Positions 20,029 through 29,353 of a stretch of DNA of 51,367 bases are shown here, in pieces; positions within the stretch are counted from its first letter, which is position 1; every line of letters starts with the position of its first letter. This DNA comes from Promethearchaeota archaeon. GTDB taxonomy: Archaea; Asgardarchaeota; Lokiarchaeia; Sigyniarchaeales; SOKP01. The DNA is taken from contig JBHLNT010000013.1 of assembly GCA_048941265.1 (NCBI GenBank), forward strand, positions 1-51,367, read 5' to 3'. Below the pieces are notes generated by a model. It was given only the letters and a program-made list of their open reading frames with translations, made no database searches and was not told the DNA's origin. Position numbers and translations under genes: made by a program.

Positions 20029-21327
20029 ATGGAGAGAGTTACTTGCTCAGGATGTTCTTTACTTTGTGATGATATTATTGTAAGAAGCGATGGTTTATTT
20101 ATTGATGAAGTTATAGGAACATGTTTAAAAGGTAAAGAACGATTCGATCAACTTACCTCAAGCAATCGAATTTTAAGTCCTATGATAAAAAAAAATGGAG
20201 TTTTAGAAAATTGTTCTTGGGAGGAAGCTTTAAAAAAAACAATAGAAATTATTAAATCCTCCTCTAAACCATTATTATATGGTTTTTCTAATTCGACTTG
20301 TGAAGCTCAACTTAAAGGAATTGAATTAGCAAAAGCAATTGATGGTTTTATTGATTCTAATTCTTCAATTTGTCAAGGAAAAGTATTAGATGCCGTGAAG
20401 AAAACGGGAATAACTGTAACGACCCTAGCTGAACTCATTAATAAGGCAGATTTAATAGTTCTATGGGGTGCTAATGCTGCAGAGTCAATCCCACGTCTGC
20501 TAAATAAAATTCTTTTTTCGAGAGGAAAATTTCGAATGACGGGACGCGAGATAAGAACTCTTATTATTATTGATCCCGTAAAGACGGCATCATTTAACGT
20601 AATGGGCGTCCGAGATTTAGCCCTGCAAATCCAACCCCACAAGGATTTAGAATTAATCCGAGAATTGAAAGAAGAATGTTGTGTTGCCGGTAGCATATCT
20701 TCTGAAGGAGTTGCTGGTCTTGACAGAGAGGATCTTAAAAGGTTACTATTACATTTGTCTGAAACAGAGAATGGTGTAATAATCATAGGACAAGGTCTTT
20801 TAAGCCCTCGATCTGGCGAAAACGTTATCGAGGAATTATTGGAATTAATACAAATGGTTAATATAAAACAAGAAAAGGGACGTATCTCTTTAATAATGAT
20901 GGGAGGTCATTTTAATATGGCGGGCTTTGATCATATAGCTTTATCAATGTATGGGAAAAATGGTAGTTTACAATTTAAGAATCATCAGGTGTCTGATAAC
21001 GAAGATAATATTGTCTCAAAAATAGATAAAGAAGATTTTGATTGTTCGATAATTGTGGGAACCGACCCAATTTCTCACCTACCTCGTAGTCTAAGTCAAA
21101 AATTAGCAAAAAAACCTATAATCGTTGTGGATAATAATAAATCTGCAACCTCTTACATAGCAGATATTGTGTTACCTTCAGCAATTACGGGAATCGAAGT
21201 ACCAGGAACAGCTTATAGACTCGATCTAGTTCCAGTTGAATTAAAAGGAATTCTTAAACCTCCAAGTAATGTTCCTTCTGATGAAGAAATATTAACCAAA
21301 ATAATAGAAAAAATAAATCAAACTTGA
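20029..21327 (+). CDS. fwdB: Formylmethanofuran dehydrogenase subunit B homolog (divergent)
   Basis: CSGCSLLCDD..C.KG Fe-S motif, TCEAQ, ADLIVLWGAN, RG.F...GR..RTLIIIDP, GHFN..GF, GIE..GTAYRLD.VP, PSDEEIL. Confidence 0.88.
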   Translation: MERVTCSGCSLLCDDIIVRSDGLFIDEVIGTCLKGKERFDQLTSSNRILSPMIKKNGVLENCSWEEALKKTIEIIKSSSKPLLYGFSNSTCEAQLKGIELAKAIDGFIDSNSSICQGKVLDAVKKTGITVTTLAELINKADLIVLWGANAAESIPRLLNKILFSRGKFRMTGREIRTLIIIDPVKTASFNVMGVRDLALQIQPHKDLELIRELKEECCVAGSISSEGVAGLDREDLKRLLLHLSETENGVIIIGQGLLSPRSGENVIEELLELIQMVNIKQEKGRISLIMMGGHFNMAGFDHIALSMYGKNGSLQFKNHQVSDNEDNIVSKIDKEDFDCSIIVGTDPISHLPRSLSQKLAKKPIIVVDNNKSATSYIADIVLPSAITGIEVPGTAYRLDLVPVELKGILKPPSNVPSDEEILTKIIEKINQT

Positions 21328-21342
21328 TTTGGTGTTTAAATA

Positions 21343-21717
21343 ATGGAAATGCTATTAAATTCTATAAGAATGGTTGACCATGACCAAGCTCGAGAGTATG
21401 CTTTGGGAAATGAGAAATCTTTAGAACAAAAACTTCCAATCGGAATGCTTAATCCAAAAGATTTTGAAAAACTAAATTTAACCCCAAGTTTGCACATTAA
21501 AATATCTAATAAAAATGGAGAAATCATCGTAGGAATTAAAAAGGATGAAAATGTGCCCCAAGGTACAGTTCTTATGCCTGTCTCCATTTGGGTCAATCAA
21601 CTTACGAGTGTTGAATCTAAGGAATTAATTTACAAAAATATTAAGGTAAATATAGAGGCAACAAGAGACCCAATAACTAACTTTAATCAAATAATAACTT
21701 CAATAAAATCTAAATGA
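21343..21717 (+). CDS. fwdD: Formylmethanofuran dehydrogenase subunit D homolog (molybdopterin dinucleotide-binding domain, divergent)
   Basis: LNPKDFEKL, V.QGTVLMP..IWVNQL, YKNIKVNIE; lies between fwdB and fwdA. Confidence 0.8.
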   Translation: MEMLLNSIRMVDHDQAREYALGNEKSLEQKLPIGMLNPKDFEKLNLTPSLHIKISNKNGEIIVGIKKDENVPQGTVLMPVSIWVNQLTSVESKELIYKNIKVNIEATRDPITNFNQIITSIKSK

Positions 21718-21737
21718 AAATAAGGAGAGCGGGAAAA

Positions 21738-23414
21738 ATGGAAAAATTGATGATTAAAAATGGTTTAATTTATGATCCATTAAACAACATTGCGGGAGAA
21801 ATAAAAGATATCCTTATTCAAGATGGAAAAATCGTAGAAAAATTTTCAAGTGAAAAAGATATAAAAACTATTGATGCGAAAAATAAAACTGTTATACCTG
21901 CCGCTTTAGATATTCATACTCATATTGCCTCACAACAAGTAAATTGGGCTCGTTTAATTGGCGCTAATAATAGTGAATTTAAAAAATTTTGGAAAGGCTT
22001 AACATTGGAATACATAGCCAAATCTTACATATCAAATGGATATACATTTATTCTTGAAGCCAATGTATTTCCTTCCTTGGCAAGGCAGACTATTTTCAAT
22101 TTTAAAAATTTACCTATTTTGGATAAAGCAATGTTACTGAATGTAAGCAATCTTTGGCCATTAGAATTAGAGTTTCAGAGGGGAAAAATCGATAATCTCG
22201 CAGTATTTTTATCAGATCTATTATCAATAACGAAAGGTTTTGGATTTAAAGTTTATAATCCTTTTGAATCGGAGAATTGGAACTTTAAAACTCTAAGAAA
22301 AGAAGTATCCTCCAAGGGAAGGTTATATAATTTTTCTGCTTTAGACGTCTATGAAAATTTAACAAAAACAAATGAGTATCTAGGTATGCCTCATTCTCTT
22401 CATGCCCATATAGAAGGATATGAACAATTAAAAGCAAAAAATAATTTATTTACAATTTTAAACAAGATAAAATCATTAGGTTTAGAATCCATATCTCAAA
22501 GAGAATCTAAACTGAATCGTACCCAATTTTTTCATATAGCTCATGCATCTGCTTACAACGTGGATGGTAATAATCGAGAATTAATTAATTTCCTAAATGG
22601 AAATAATACCATTGATGTTGACTTAGGATTTATTGGATTTGATAAAATCAATCCTTTAATTACTTCAGATCGGAGGTTAATCAATTTATTTTTAAAAAAT
22701 AGTGGAAATGGGAACGCCAACGCATTAATAAGTTCAGCAGTAGAGTTTGAAGGTGATACGTTTTCCACACTAAGAACTTTTGATAAAAAAACTATTCAAG
22801 ATTGTATTTTATGGGCAAACGGGATTGAATTAGCTCTAATGGTAGATAATAAATGGCAGCTGCAATTTTCGGTAAATTACCCCAATTATGCTGATATTAA
22901 TAATTCACCCGAAATTGCTACATGGTTGTTGAGCAAGGATGCGAGAGATAAATTTATGACTGGAATGAACAAGGAATTCTTGACTAATAACGTTTTACAA
23001 AACATTGATAAAGTATTGACTTTTAGCGAGTTTATTATTTTAACTCGAGCGAGTCCAGCGAAATCATTAGGATTAGGAAATATAAAGGGTTCTTTGCGTT
23101 TGAGTGCAGATGCTGATGTTAATATTTTAGATCTCAATATTGATGAGCTCGATATTTCTACAGATTATGAAAAATTAAAAAATGCATTATCCAATATAGA
23201 ATACGTTATCAAATCTGGTGAAATTATTAAGCATAAAGACAAAATTAATTTAAACCATCAAGGTAAAATATATTGGTCAAGAGGGACCGTGGAAGTTGAA
23301 GATAAGGAATTAATTATGAAGAGTAAGAGGGATTTTTATAAAAAATACAGTTCAGTTTTTTATGAATCTTTAAAAATATCAATAGATGGGAATTACTTAA
23401 AGCTAATTTCATAA
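21738..23414 (+). CDS. fwdA: Formylmethanofuran dehydrogenase subunit A homolog (amidohydrolase fold, divergent)
   Basis: IKNG.IYDPLN, DIHTHIA, GFKVYNP, LGMPHSLHAH, TRASPAKSLGL..KGSL...ADADV. Start moved from 21714 to MEKL, downstream of an AGGAG site. Confidence 0.88.
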   Translation: MEKLMIKNGLIYDPLNNIAGEIKDILIQDGKIVEKFSSEKDIKTIDAKNKTVIPAALDIHTHIASQQVNWARLIGANNSEFKKFWKGLTLEYIAKSYISNGYTFILEANVFPSLARQTIFNFKNLPILDKAMLLNVSNLWPLELEFQRGKIDNLAVFLSDLLSITKGFGFKVYNPFESENWNFKTLRKEVSSKGRLYNFSALDVYENLTKTNEYLGMPHSLHAHIEGYEQLKAKNNLFTILNKIKSLGLESISQRESKLNRTQFFHIAHASAYNVDGNNRELINFLNGNNTIDVDLGFIGFDKINPLITSDRRLINLFLKNSGNGNANALISSAVEFEGDTFSTLRTFDKKTIQDCILWANGIELALMVDNKWQLQFSVNYPNYADINNSPEIATWLLSKDARDKFMTGMNKEFLTNNVLQNIDKVLTFSEFIILTRASPAKSLGLGNIKGSLRLSADADVNILDLNIDELDISTDYEKLKNALSNIEYVIKSGEIIKHKDKINLNHQGKIYWSRGTVEVEDKELIMKSKRDFYKKYSSVFYESLKISIDGNYLKLIS

Positions 23415-23513
23415 TGAATTAAGTTATTACTAACTGCTGATAAGAGTTTGTGTTTTTTAAAAGAATATCACAAAAATAGTTATGTGGAAAAAAAATAAAA
23501 AAATTTAGAGATT

Positions 23514-23531
23514 AGGTCAAATCCTTGACCT
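23514..23531 (-). terminator. Short hairpin just after the acyl-CoA ligase stop
   Basis: Perfect 7-bp inverted repeat AGGTCAA-atcc-TTGACCT 3 nt past the stop at 23535, followed on the minus strand by T tracts. Confidence 0.5.
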
Positions 23532-23534
23532 TAC

Positions 23535-25214
23535 TTATTCCATTTCTCTCAGTTTCCTTCGAAAGATTTTTCCTACTGCTGTTCGAGGTAATGCTTTTAT
23601 AAACTCTACATGACGCGGATATTTATAACCTGCTAATCGCTCTTTAGCCCATTCTATAATTTCTTTTTCGGTAATCTCTTTATCTCTGTATTCGGGTTTA
23701 AGTACTACCCATGCTTTAATCGTTTCACCGATATTGGGATCTGGAATACCCGCAACGCCTGCTTCTAAAATTGCTGGATGTTCCATTAGTTTTTCCTCAA
23801 CTTCTCTCGGCATTACCTTGTAGCCCTTATACTTTACCATGTCTTTAGTACGTCCCTCAATATAGAAATATCCTTTTTCGTCCATCCTTGCTAAATCTCC
23901 AGTTCTTAACCAACCATTAACAATTGTTTTTTCCGTTACTTCAGGATATTTCCAATATCCTAACATTACCTGAGGTCCGTGGATTAATAATTCACCTACC
24001 TCATTTGGTGGAAGTTCCTCTAAAGTGTCCGGATTAACAATTTTTGCATCCGTATCGAGAATAGGAACACCTATACTCTCTGCAATGATATCCATCCATA
24101 GCACAGCTCCATGTGTGATAGGTGATGTTTCAGTGAGCCCGTATCCTTGACCAACTTTAGTCCCTATCACTTCCTCCCATTTTCTTGCGAGCTCTGGCGC
24201 TAATGCAGCCGATCCAGAGGCAGCTCTCTCAAGGCTGGATAGATCCCGTTCCGTAAAGTCGGGGCAATTTATTAACATTTGAAACATTACAGGCACGCCT
24301 ACAAATAATTCAATTTTATAATATTCAATACCTTCAAGCACTTCTACAGGATCAAAAGAAGCAAACATAACGAGCATCATAGCTGCTCGCATCGCAATAA
24401 TAACCACTGTAAATCCAAAAGTATGGCATAATGGTAATATAGAAAGGTTTACTCCGGTTCCAGCAGTTTCTTCTAATTCATCTATAGGTTCATCAGTATG
24501 ATATATTGTTAAAAGTGAATCTGCTACTAAATTAGTGTGGGAGAGCATAACACCTTTAGGTAAACCTGTGGTACCGCCAGTGAATAATAATGCTGCGATA
24601 TCTTTGTCAGGGTCAATATCCACATCAGGCTGCTTAGGAGCAAAACCGTTTATAAATTCTGTAAGTGTAACAGCATCATCTTTGCCTTCCTCATCTGCAA
24701 TTATAATTACCTCTGGAACTTCAACTTCCTTTCTGGTTTTTTTAATAGTTCGATAGTTAGCCCTTGTAACAAATATTGCCTTTATATTTCCAGATTCTTT
24801 AACAATATGAGTTACGTCCGTCTCTTTGAGTAGCGGATTAATAGGCACCACTGCAGCTCCTGTTTCTAAAATTCCTAAAACACAAAAGAGGAATTCAGGA
24901 CAGTTTCCTGACATAATACCGACGGCATCCCCTTTCCCGACTCCAGAATCATGTAAAGCATGAGCTATTCTGTCAGCATAATGAATTAATTCTCTGTATG
25001 TGTACTTTTTATCAGTAGGTTTATGATATACACAAACGTTATTAGGAAAATTGTTGGCAGATTGCCTTATAAATTCATGAACCGGTATCGGTTCGAATTT
25101 TATTGTTTTGGGTACAGTAGGTGGCCGAGCTTTTAGCCATGGTCTATTGGGATCCACCCACGGGGAGTTATTTTCAAAATCTATAATGGGTTCCCATTCT
25201 GAATAGTCTTTCAT
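23535..25214 (-). CDS. Long-chain fatty acid-CoA ligase (AMP-binding)
   Basis: FTGGTTGLPKG, QGYGLTETSP, WLRTGDL, PREVEE, LPRTAVGK. Confidence 0.93.
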   Translation of the reverse strand: MKDYSEWEPIIDFENNSPWVDPNRPWLKARPPTVPKTIKFEPIPVHEFIRQSANNFPNNVCVYHKPTDKKYTYRELIHYADRIAHALHDSGVGKGDAVGIMSGNCPEFLFCVLGILETGAAVVPINPLLKETDVTHIVKESGNIKAIFVTRANYRTIKKTRKEVEVPEVIIIADEEGKDDAVTLTEFINGFAPKQPDVDIDPDKDIAALLFTGGTTGLPKGVMLSHTNLVADSLLTIYHTDEPIDELEETAGTGVNLSILPLCHTFGFTVVIIAMRAAMMLVMFASFDPVEVLEGIEYYKIELFVGVPVMFQMLINCPDFTERDLSSLERAASGSAALAPELARKWEEVIGTKVGQGYGLTETSPITHGAVLWMDIIAESIGVPILDTDAKIVNPDTLEELPPNEVGELLIHGPQVMLGYWKYPEVTEKTIVNGWLRTGDLARMDEKGYFYIEGRTKDMVKYKGYKVMPREVEEKLMEHPAILEAGVAGIPDPNIGETIKAWVVLKPEYRDKEITEKEIIEWAKERLAGYKYPRHVEFIKALPRTAVGKIFRRKLREME

Positions 25215-25354
25215 TTTTCCTCTATCTTTTTTTTTTTTATTTAAATTTTGATTTATATTAGATCTGATAATTTTTTTTTCTTTTTATTATTTATATAATT
25301 AATTACCAATTTTGTTATTCTCTAAAATATTAAATTTTATAGAATGGTTTAAGT

Positions 25355-26881
25355 GTGAAGCTCAATCAAACTAAAGTGCTCTCGAAAGATGAAATAGAAA
25401 GAATACACTCAGCCACAATTGAATTATTTGAAAACATAGGAATTAAAATCGATTGTGAAGAAACTCGAAAGTTGCTTGAAGATCATGGTGCAGAAGTAGT
25501 TAATAACTCGCAATTTGTTAAATTTCCAGAAGCTTTTGTCAAGGAGCACTTGAAACTAGTTCCTAGTTCCTTTAAATTACATGGACCGGATGGGACATAT
25601 AATTTTGAAGTTACTACTAAAAATTGTTATTTTCTTCCAATTGGCTCTTCTGTAAAGATGTATGATCCTACAGGAAAAAAAGGAGTAAGAAAATCCATTT
25701 TGCAAGACACAATAAATCAAATGCGGATTGTTGACAACTCAGAGCATTTATCAGCCTCACAAATTGATTTTTGGCCGAATGATGTAAAATATACCACAAT
25801 TCATGTTGTATGTCTGTACCATTGGATGAAAAATTTACGCAAACCTTATGGCCACGGAGTTTTTGGTAAAGTTGTTAGCCAAGATTCCATTAACATGGCC
25901 TCAATCATTGCAGGAGGAGAAGAAGAGCTTGTTAAGCGACCGCGATTATTTGGCATTTTTAATCCTACAAGCCCATTGCAATTACCTAAAATAATGACCA
26001 ATGGTCTTAAAGTATTTGCTAACTACAAACAGCCTGTTGTTATCGCACCAGAAGCTTTAGGAGGTACCTCTGCTCCTGTTACCCTAGCTGGACTATTGAC
26101 ACAAACTAATGCTGAAATACTTGCAGGTATAATCCTTGCTCAAATATATAGTCCCAATTCACCAGTTTTTTACGGTTCTGTTTCTCATACCACCGATATG
26201 CGTTCGGGAAATTCAGCTATAGGGGCTATAGAAACAGGTCTAATCACCACTGCTATTGCACAATTATCAAAGTTTTATAATATTCCCTCAAGAGCTGTAG
26301 CAGGAGTTACTGATTCAAAATGTTTTGATATCCAAAATGGATTTGAGCGTTTTCTAACATTAATGTTTGCAGCACAGGCGGGCATCAATTTTATAACATG
26401 TGCCGGGACTTATGAGGCCACCCTAGCTGGAGCGCTTGAATTAACTGCGATTGATAATGAATTGGCTGGTATGATTAAACGAAGTTTCGAAGGAATTGAA
26501 ATAAATGAAAATACAATAGGATTAGATGTCATTAAAAAAGTTGCCACAAGTACTCAGAAAGGAGTAAGCTTCTTAGGAGAAAAACATACCAGAAAATATA
26601 TGAAAACTGAGTTATTTATCCCTAAACTAGTAAACCGAAACCGAAGAACTTCTTGGTTTAAGAAAGGAGCAAAAGATATAATAGCAACCTCGACCGAAAA
26701 AGTTAATGAAATACTTCAAAATTTCAAAGAATATGAAATATCAGCTGAAATAGACGCAAAATTAAAAGAATATATGAAAAAAGTCGACGAAAGAACTATA
26801 GATTATTATATGAAAGAAGAAGGGATATCAGCGACCAGTGTAACTGTTGTGGATGGTGTAGAAATTAAATCTGATGATTAA
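25355..26881 (+). CDS. Trimethylamine methyltransferase (MttB) superfamily, non-pyrrolysine
   Basis: IHSATIELFE.IG, SPLQ, APVTLAG.L.QTNAEILAG, DMRSG, TDSK..D.QNGFE, DNE; no internal TAG. Confidence 0.9.
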   Translation: MKLNQTKVLSKDEIERIHSATIELFENIGIKIDCEETRKLLEDHGAEVVNNSQFVKFPEAFVKEHLKLVPSSFKLHGPDGTYNFEVTTKNCYFLPIGSSVKMYDPTGKKGVRKSILQDTINQMRIVDNSEHLSASQIDFWPNDVKYTTIHVVCLYHWMKNLRKPYGHGVFGKVVSQDSINMASIIAGGEEELVKRPRLFGIFNPTSPLQLPKIMTNGLKVFANYKQPVVIAPEALGGTSAPVTLAGLLTQTNAEILAGIILAQIYSPNSPVFYGSVSHTTDMRSGNSAIGAIETGLITTAIAQLSKFYNIPSRAVAGVTDSKCFDIQNGFERFLTLMFAAQAGINFITCAGTYEATLAGALELTAIDNELAGMIKRSFEGIEINENTIGLDVIKKVATSTQKGVSFLGEKHTRKYMKTELFIPKLVNRNRRTSWFKKGAKDIIATSTEKVNEILQNFKEYEISAEIDAKLKEYMKKVDERTIDYYMKEEGISATSVTVVDGVEIKSDD

Positions 26882-26992
26882 TAAGATTTTTTACCACGAC
26901 AGAAAAAGATTACAAACTAGATATACCTAAAGCGAAAAAGAGTCTTGGAAAATAATTCTTTTTTTTGATTTTATTTCTATTTTATCCAGATT

Positions 26993-27673
26993 TTATAAGA
27001 ATTTAAAAACTTCTTTCAAGAAAGAAATTTTTTGGCCATTCCATTCTTCCTTGTCAAGATAATAAGGATCTTTTTGATGTGGGTCGCGAATCAAAATTGC
27101 ATCCATTCCAACTTCAGAAGCCCCTGTCAATTCATGACTATCTCCATCACCAATGTATAAACAGTTTTGAGGTGTAATATCCAATTTTTCGCAGGCTAAA
27201 TTGTAGATTTTCGGATCTGGTTTTTTCAAACCAACGGAACACGATAATATAGCTACATCTATAAATTTGGCAAATTTAGTATTTTTCCAGAGAATTGGGA
27301 CATCTGCAGAACAATTACTAATAAGGCCTATTTTAAGATCTCTATTCTTTAATTCGGACAATGTCTTTATAGCATCGGATTTAGGCGTTAATCCTTTTCG
27401 AGTGAAATCCAGTTTAAATTGTATTACCTTTTTCAATTGATTTTCATTCACATTGATTTGGAGTGCGTTATGAATATATCTTAAATTCTCTTCCGTAGTC
27501 TTAAAAATCCCAATAGCTCTGTTTTGAGCCGTTTCAATCCAAAGGTCAGAAAATTTCTTAGATGGTAAAGAAAGAACGGAAGCCATTTGAGACAGTAATT
27601 GATTATAATCTTGAAATGTAGGATTGTCAACTAGTGTGCCAAAAAGATCAAAAATAATAGCATCATACTTCAT
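26993..27673 (-). CDS. HAD-superfamily hydrolase
   Basis: FDLFGTL, ISN, KPDPKIY, GDGDSHE. Confidence 0.92.
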   Translation of the reverse strand: MKYDAIIFDLFGTLVDNPTFQDYNQLLSQMASVLSLPSKKFSDLWIETAQNRAIGIFKTTEENLRYIHNALQINVNENQLKKVIQFKLDFTRKGLTPKSDAIKTLSELKNRDLKIGLISNCSADVPILWKNTKFAKFIDVAILSCSVGLKKPDPKIYNLACEKLDITPQNCLYIGDGDSHELTGASEVGMDAILIRDPHQKDPYYLDKEEWNGQKISFLKEVFKFL

Positions 27674-27819
27674 ATTAGGTCTTTTTAATTTGTTCTGTAA
27701 CTATATTTTTCAAACATTTTATCTCTTTCAATTCTCTACAATTATTGAAAATGCACTGAGAAATTAAAACAAATGAGTTAAAATTTAAAGAAAGAGGGAT
27801 AACTTATTCCGTTATTCTT

Positions 27820-29244
27820 TTAATATGTGAATCCTTTTAGTTTCTGTACTGTAGTAAAAATATTTTTCCCGCCTTTTCTCAGAAAATCCATAGCCTCTTC
27901 GATCCCTTCAATGGTTAAATTGAACATTGGAATTAGACTGGAAATGATTTTTCTGGTCCACGGTTGCCACTCATCTCTGATAAGTTCAGGGTTTAGCCAC
28001 ACTATATTATCTTTAAAATGATAGGCAAGCTCTCTGATATAGTGAATTCCAGGCATCTCATTTCGGTGATAATAATAAATTGATCCATACCGTTCGGTAA
28101 GCTCATAGCTGGCCATTGCAGCATCTCCTACCATTACCACCTTATATTTATTATCATATTTCTTTAAGAAATCCTCGAAATCAATAGCTTCATCTGGATT
28201 GCGTTGTGCGTTGAAAAATAACTTTTCATAGACGCAATTATGAAAATAGTACGGTTTAAAATCCTTCCAATGAGACATATTATTCGCGGCCGAAAATAAA
28301 AGGTTGACCAAATGCGCATAAGGCGTCATACTCCCTCCAACATCCATTAGTAATAAGAGTTTCACATCGTTTTTACGCCGTTTATCGAAAATGATATCAA
28401 TATCTCCTCCGTTTTTTGCGGTATGGTCGATGGTTTTATCGATATTTAGTTCATCTCTCTTTCCAATTTCTTCAAGTTTTTTAAGTCGTTTAAGTGCAAC
28501 CTTTATTTGTCTTGTATCCAAGACAATATCCTTACGATAATCCTTAAAAATTCTTTTTTGCGCAATTTGAATTGCCATACGCATTCCCGAAGAACCACCT
28601 ACCCGCATGCCCATCGGGTTTTGCCCCATATTCCCAAATCTGGAATCTCCCTGTGTACCTATCATGTGATGCCCGAAATTATGCTCCTCATCTTGCTTCC
28701 TTAATAATTCTTCAAAATGTTTCTGCATTGCTTCTAAGTCAAATTTCCCATCTATGAGCTGTTGGAAACTTCCGGATAATTCTTCAGGACTCATATTTTT
28801 TTGAAGCCATTGCAATAGTTCATCAGTGATCTGGCTAGGGTCACTTATCAATATCTTCCCATCCAATTTGGCACCTTCTTTTTTCAATAGTTCCTCAAGA
28901 AACTTCTTTAAATCTTCAACTATTATATATTGACCATATTCACTCATCATCATTTGTAAACCCATTGCTAATTCTTCAAGGGTTAATTCTTTATTAAGCC
29001 AATCCCAGATTTCTTGTTTTATATCTTCTGGAAAATTTACCATGGCATCCTTAAAAAAATTAGCGAATGCGATGTCGTAAATATCAAACTGATGTTCACT
29101 CTTACAAAGAATGGATCGAGATATATAATAAAATTCTACCATGTTACGAATTAATCCTTGATTTAAAGCGTCCATTAAAGTCATGTACTCAGTTATACTT
29201 ACGGGAAGTCTTTCTTTAAGGTAATAAAAATATTCTACGAACAT
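27820..29244 (-). CDS. CoxE-like VWA domain protein
   Basis: MIDAS-like DVGGSM, YFHNCVY, VGDAAM, VWLNP; carries an internal duplication. Confidence 0.85.
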   Translation of the reverse strand: MFVEYFYYLKERLPVSITEYMTLMDALNQGLIRNMVEFYYISRSILCKSEHQFDIYDIAFANFFKDAMVNFPEDIKQEIWDWLNKELTLEELAMGLQMMMSEYGQYIIVEDLKKFLEELLKKEGAKLDGKILISDPSQITDELLQWLQKNMSPEELSGSFQQLIDGKFDLEAMQKHFEELLRKQDEEHNFGHHMIGTQGDSRFGNMGQNPMGMRVGGSSGMRMAIQIAQKRIFKDYRKDIVLDTRQIKVALKRLKKLEEIGKRDELNIDKTIDHTAKNGGDIDIIFDKRRKNDVKLLLLMDVGGSMTPYAHLVNLLFSAANNMSHWKDFKPYYFHNCVYEKLFFNAQRNPDEAIDFEDFLKKYDNKYKVVMVGDAAMASYELTERYGSIYYYHRNEMPGIHYIRELAYHFKDNIVWLNPELIRDEWQPWTRKIISSLIPMFNLTIEGIEEAMDFLRKGGKNIFTTVQKLKGFTY

Positions 29245-29353
29245 TATAAGACTAATATTTTTTTTATTAAGAATATTATATTCTTAATTTAATTAAATTT
29301 AGACGAATTAAATAATCTTTTTCTAATTTTTTAAAAAAGAACTTCATTGCTTC

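Noticed and set aside
20371-20373. Selenocysteine in FwdB
   Set aside because: The ligand codon is TGT (Cys) and there is no in-frame TGA.
25355-26881. Pyrrolysine readthrough in MttB
   Set aside because: The ORF is continuous without TAG; the equivalent residue is Val.
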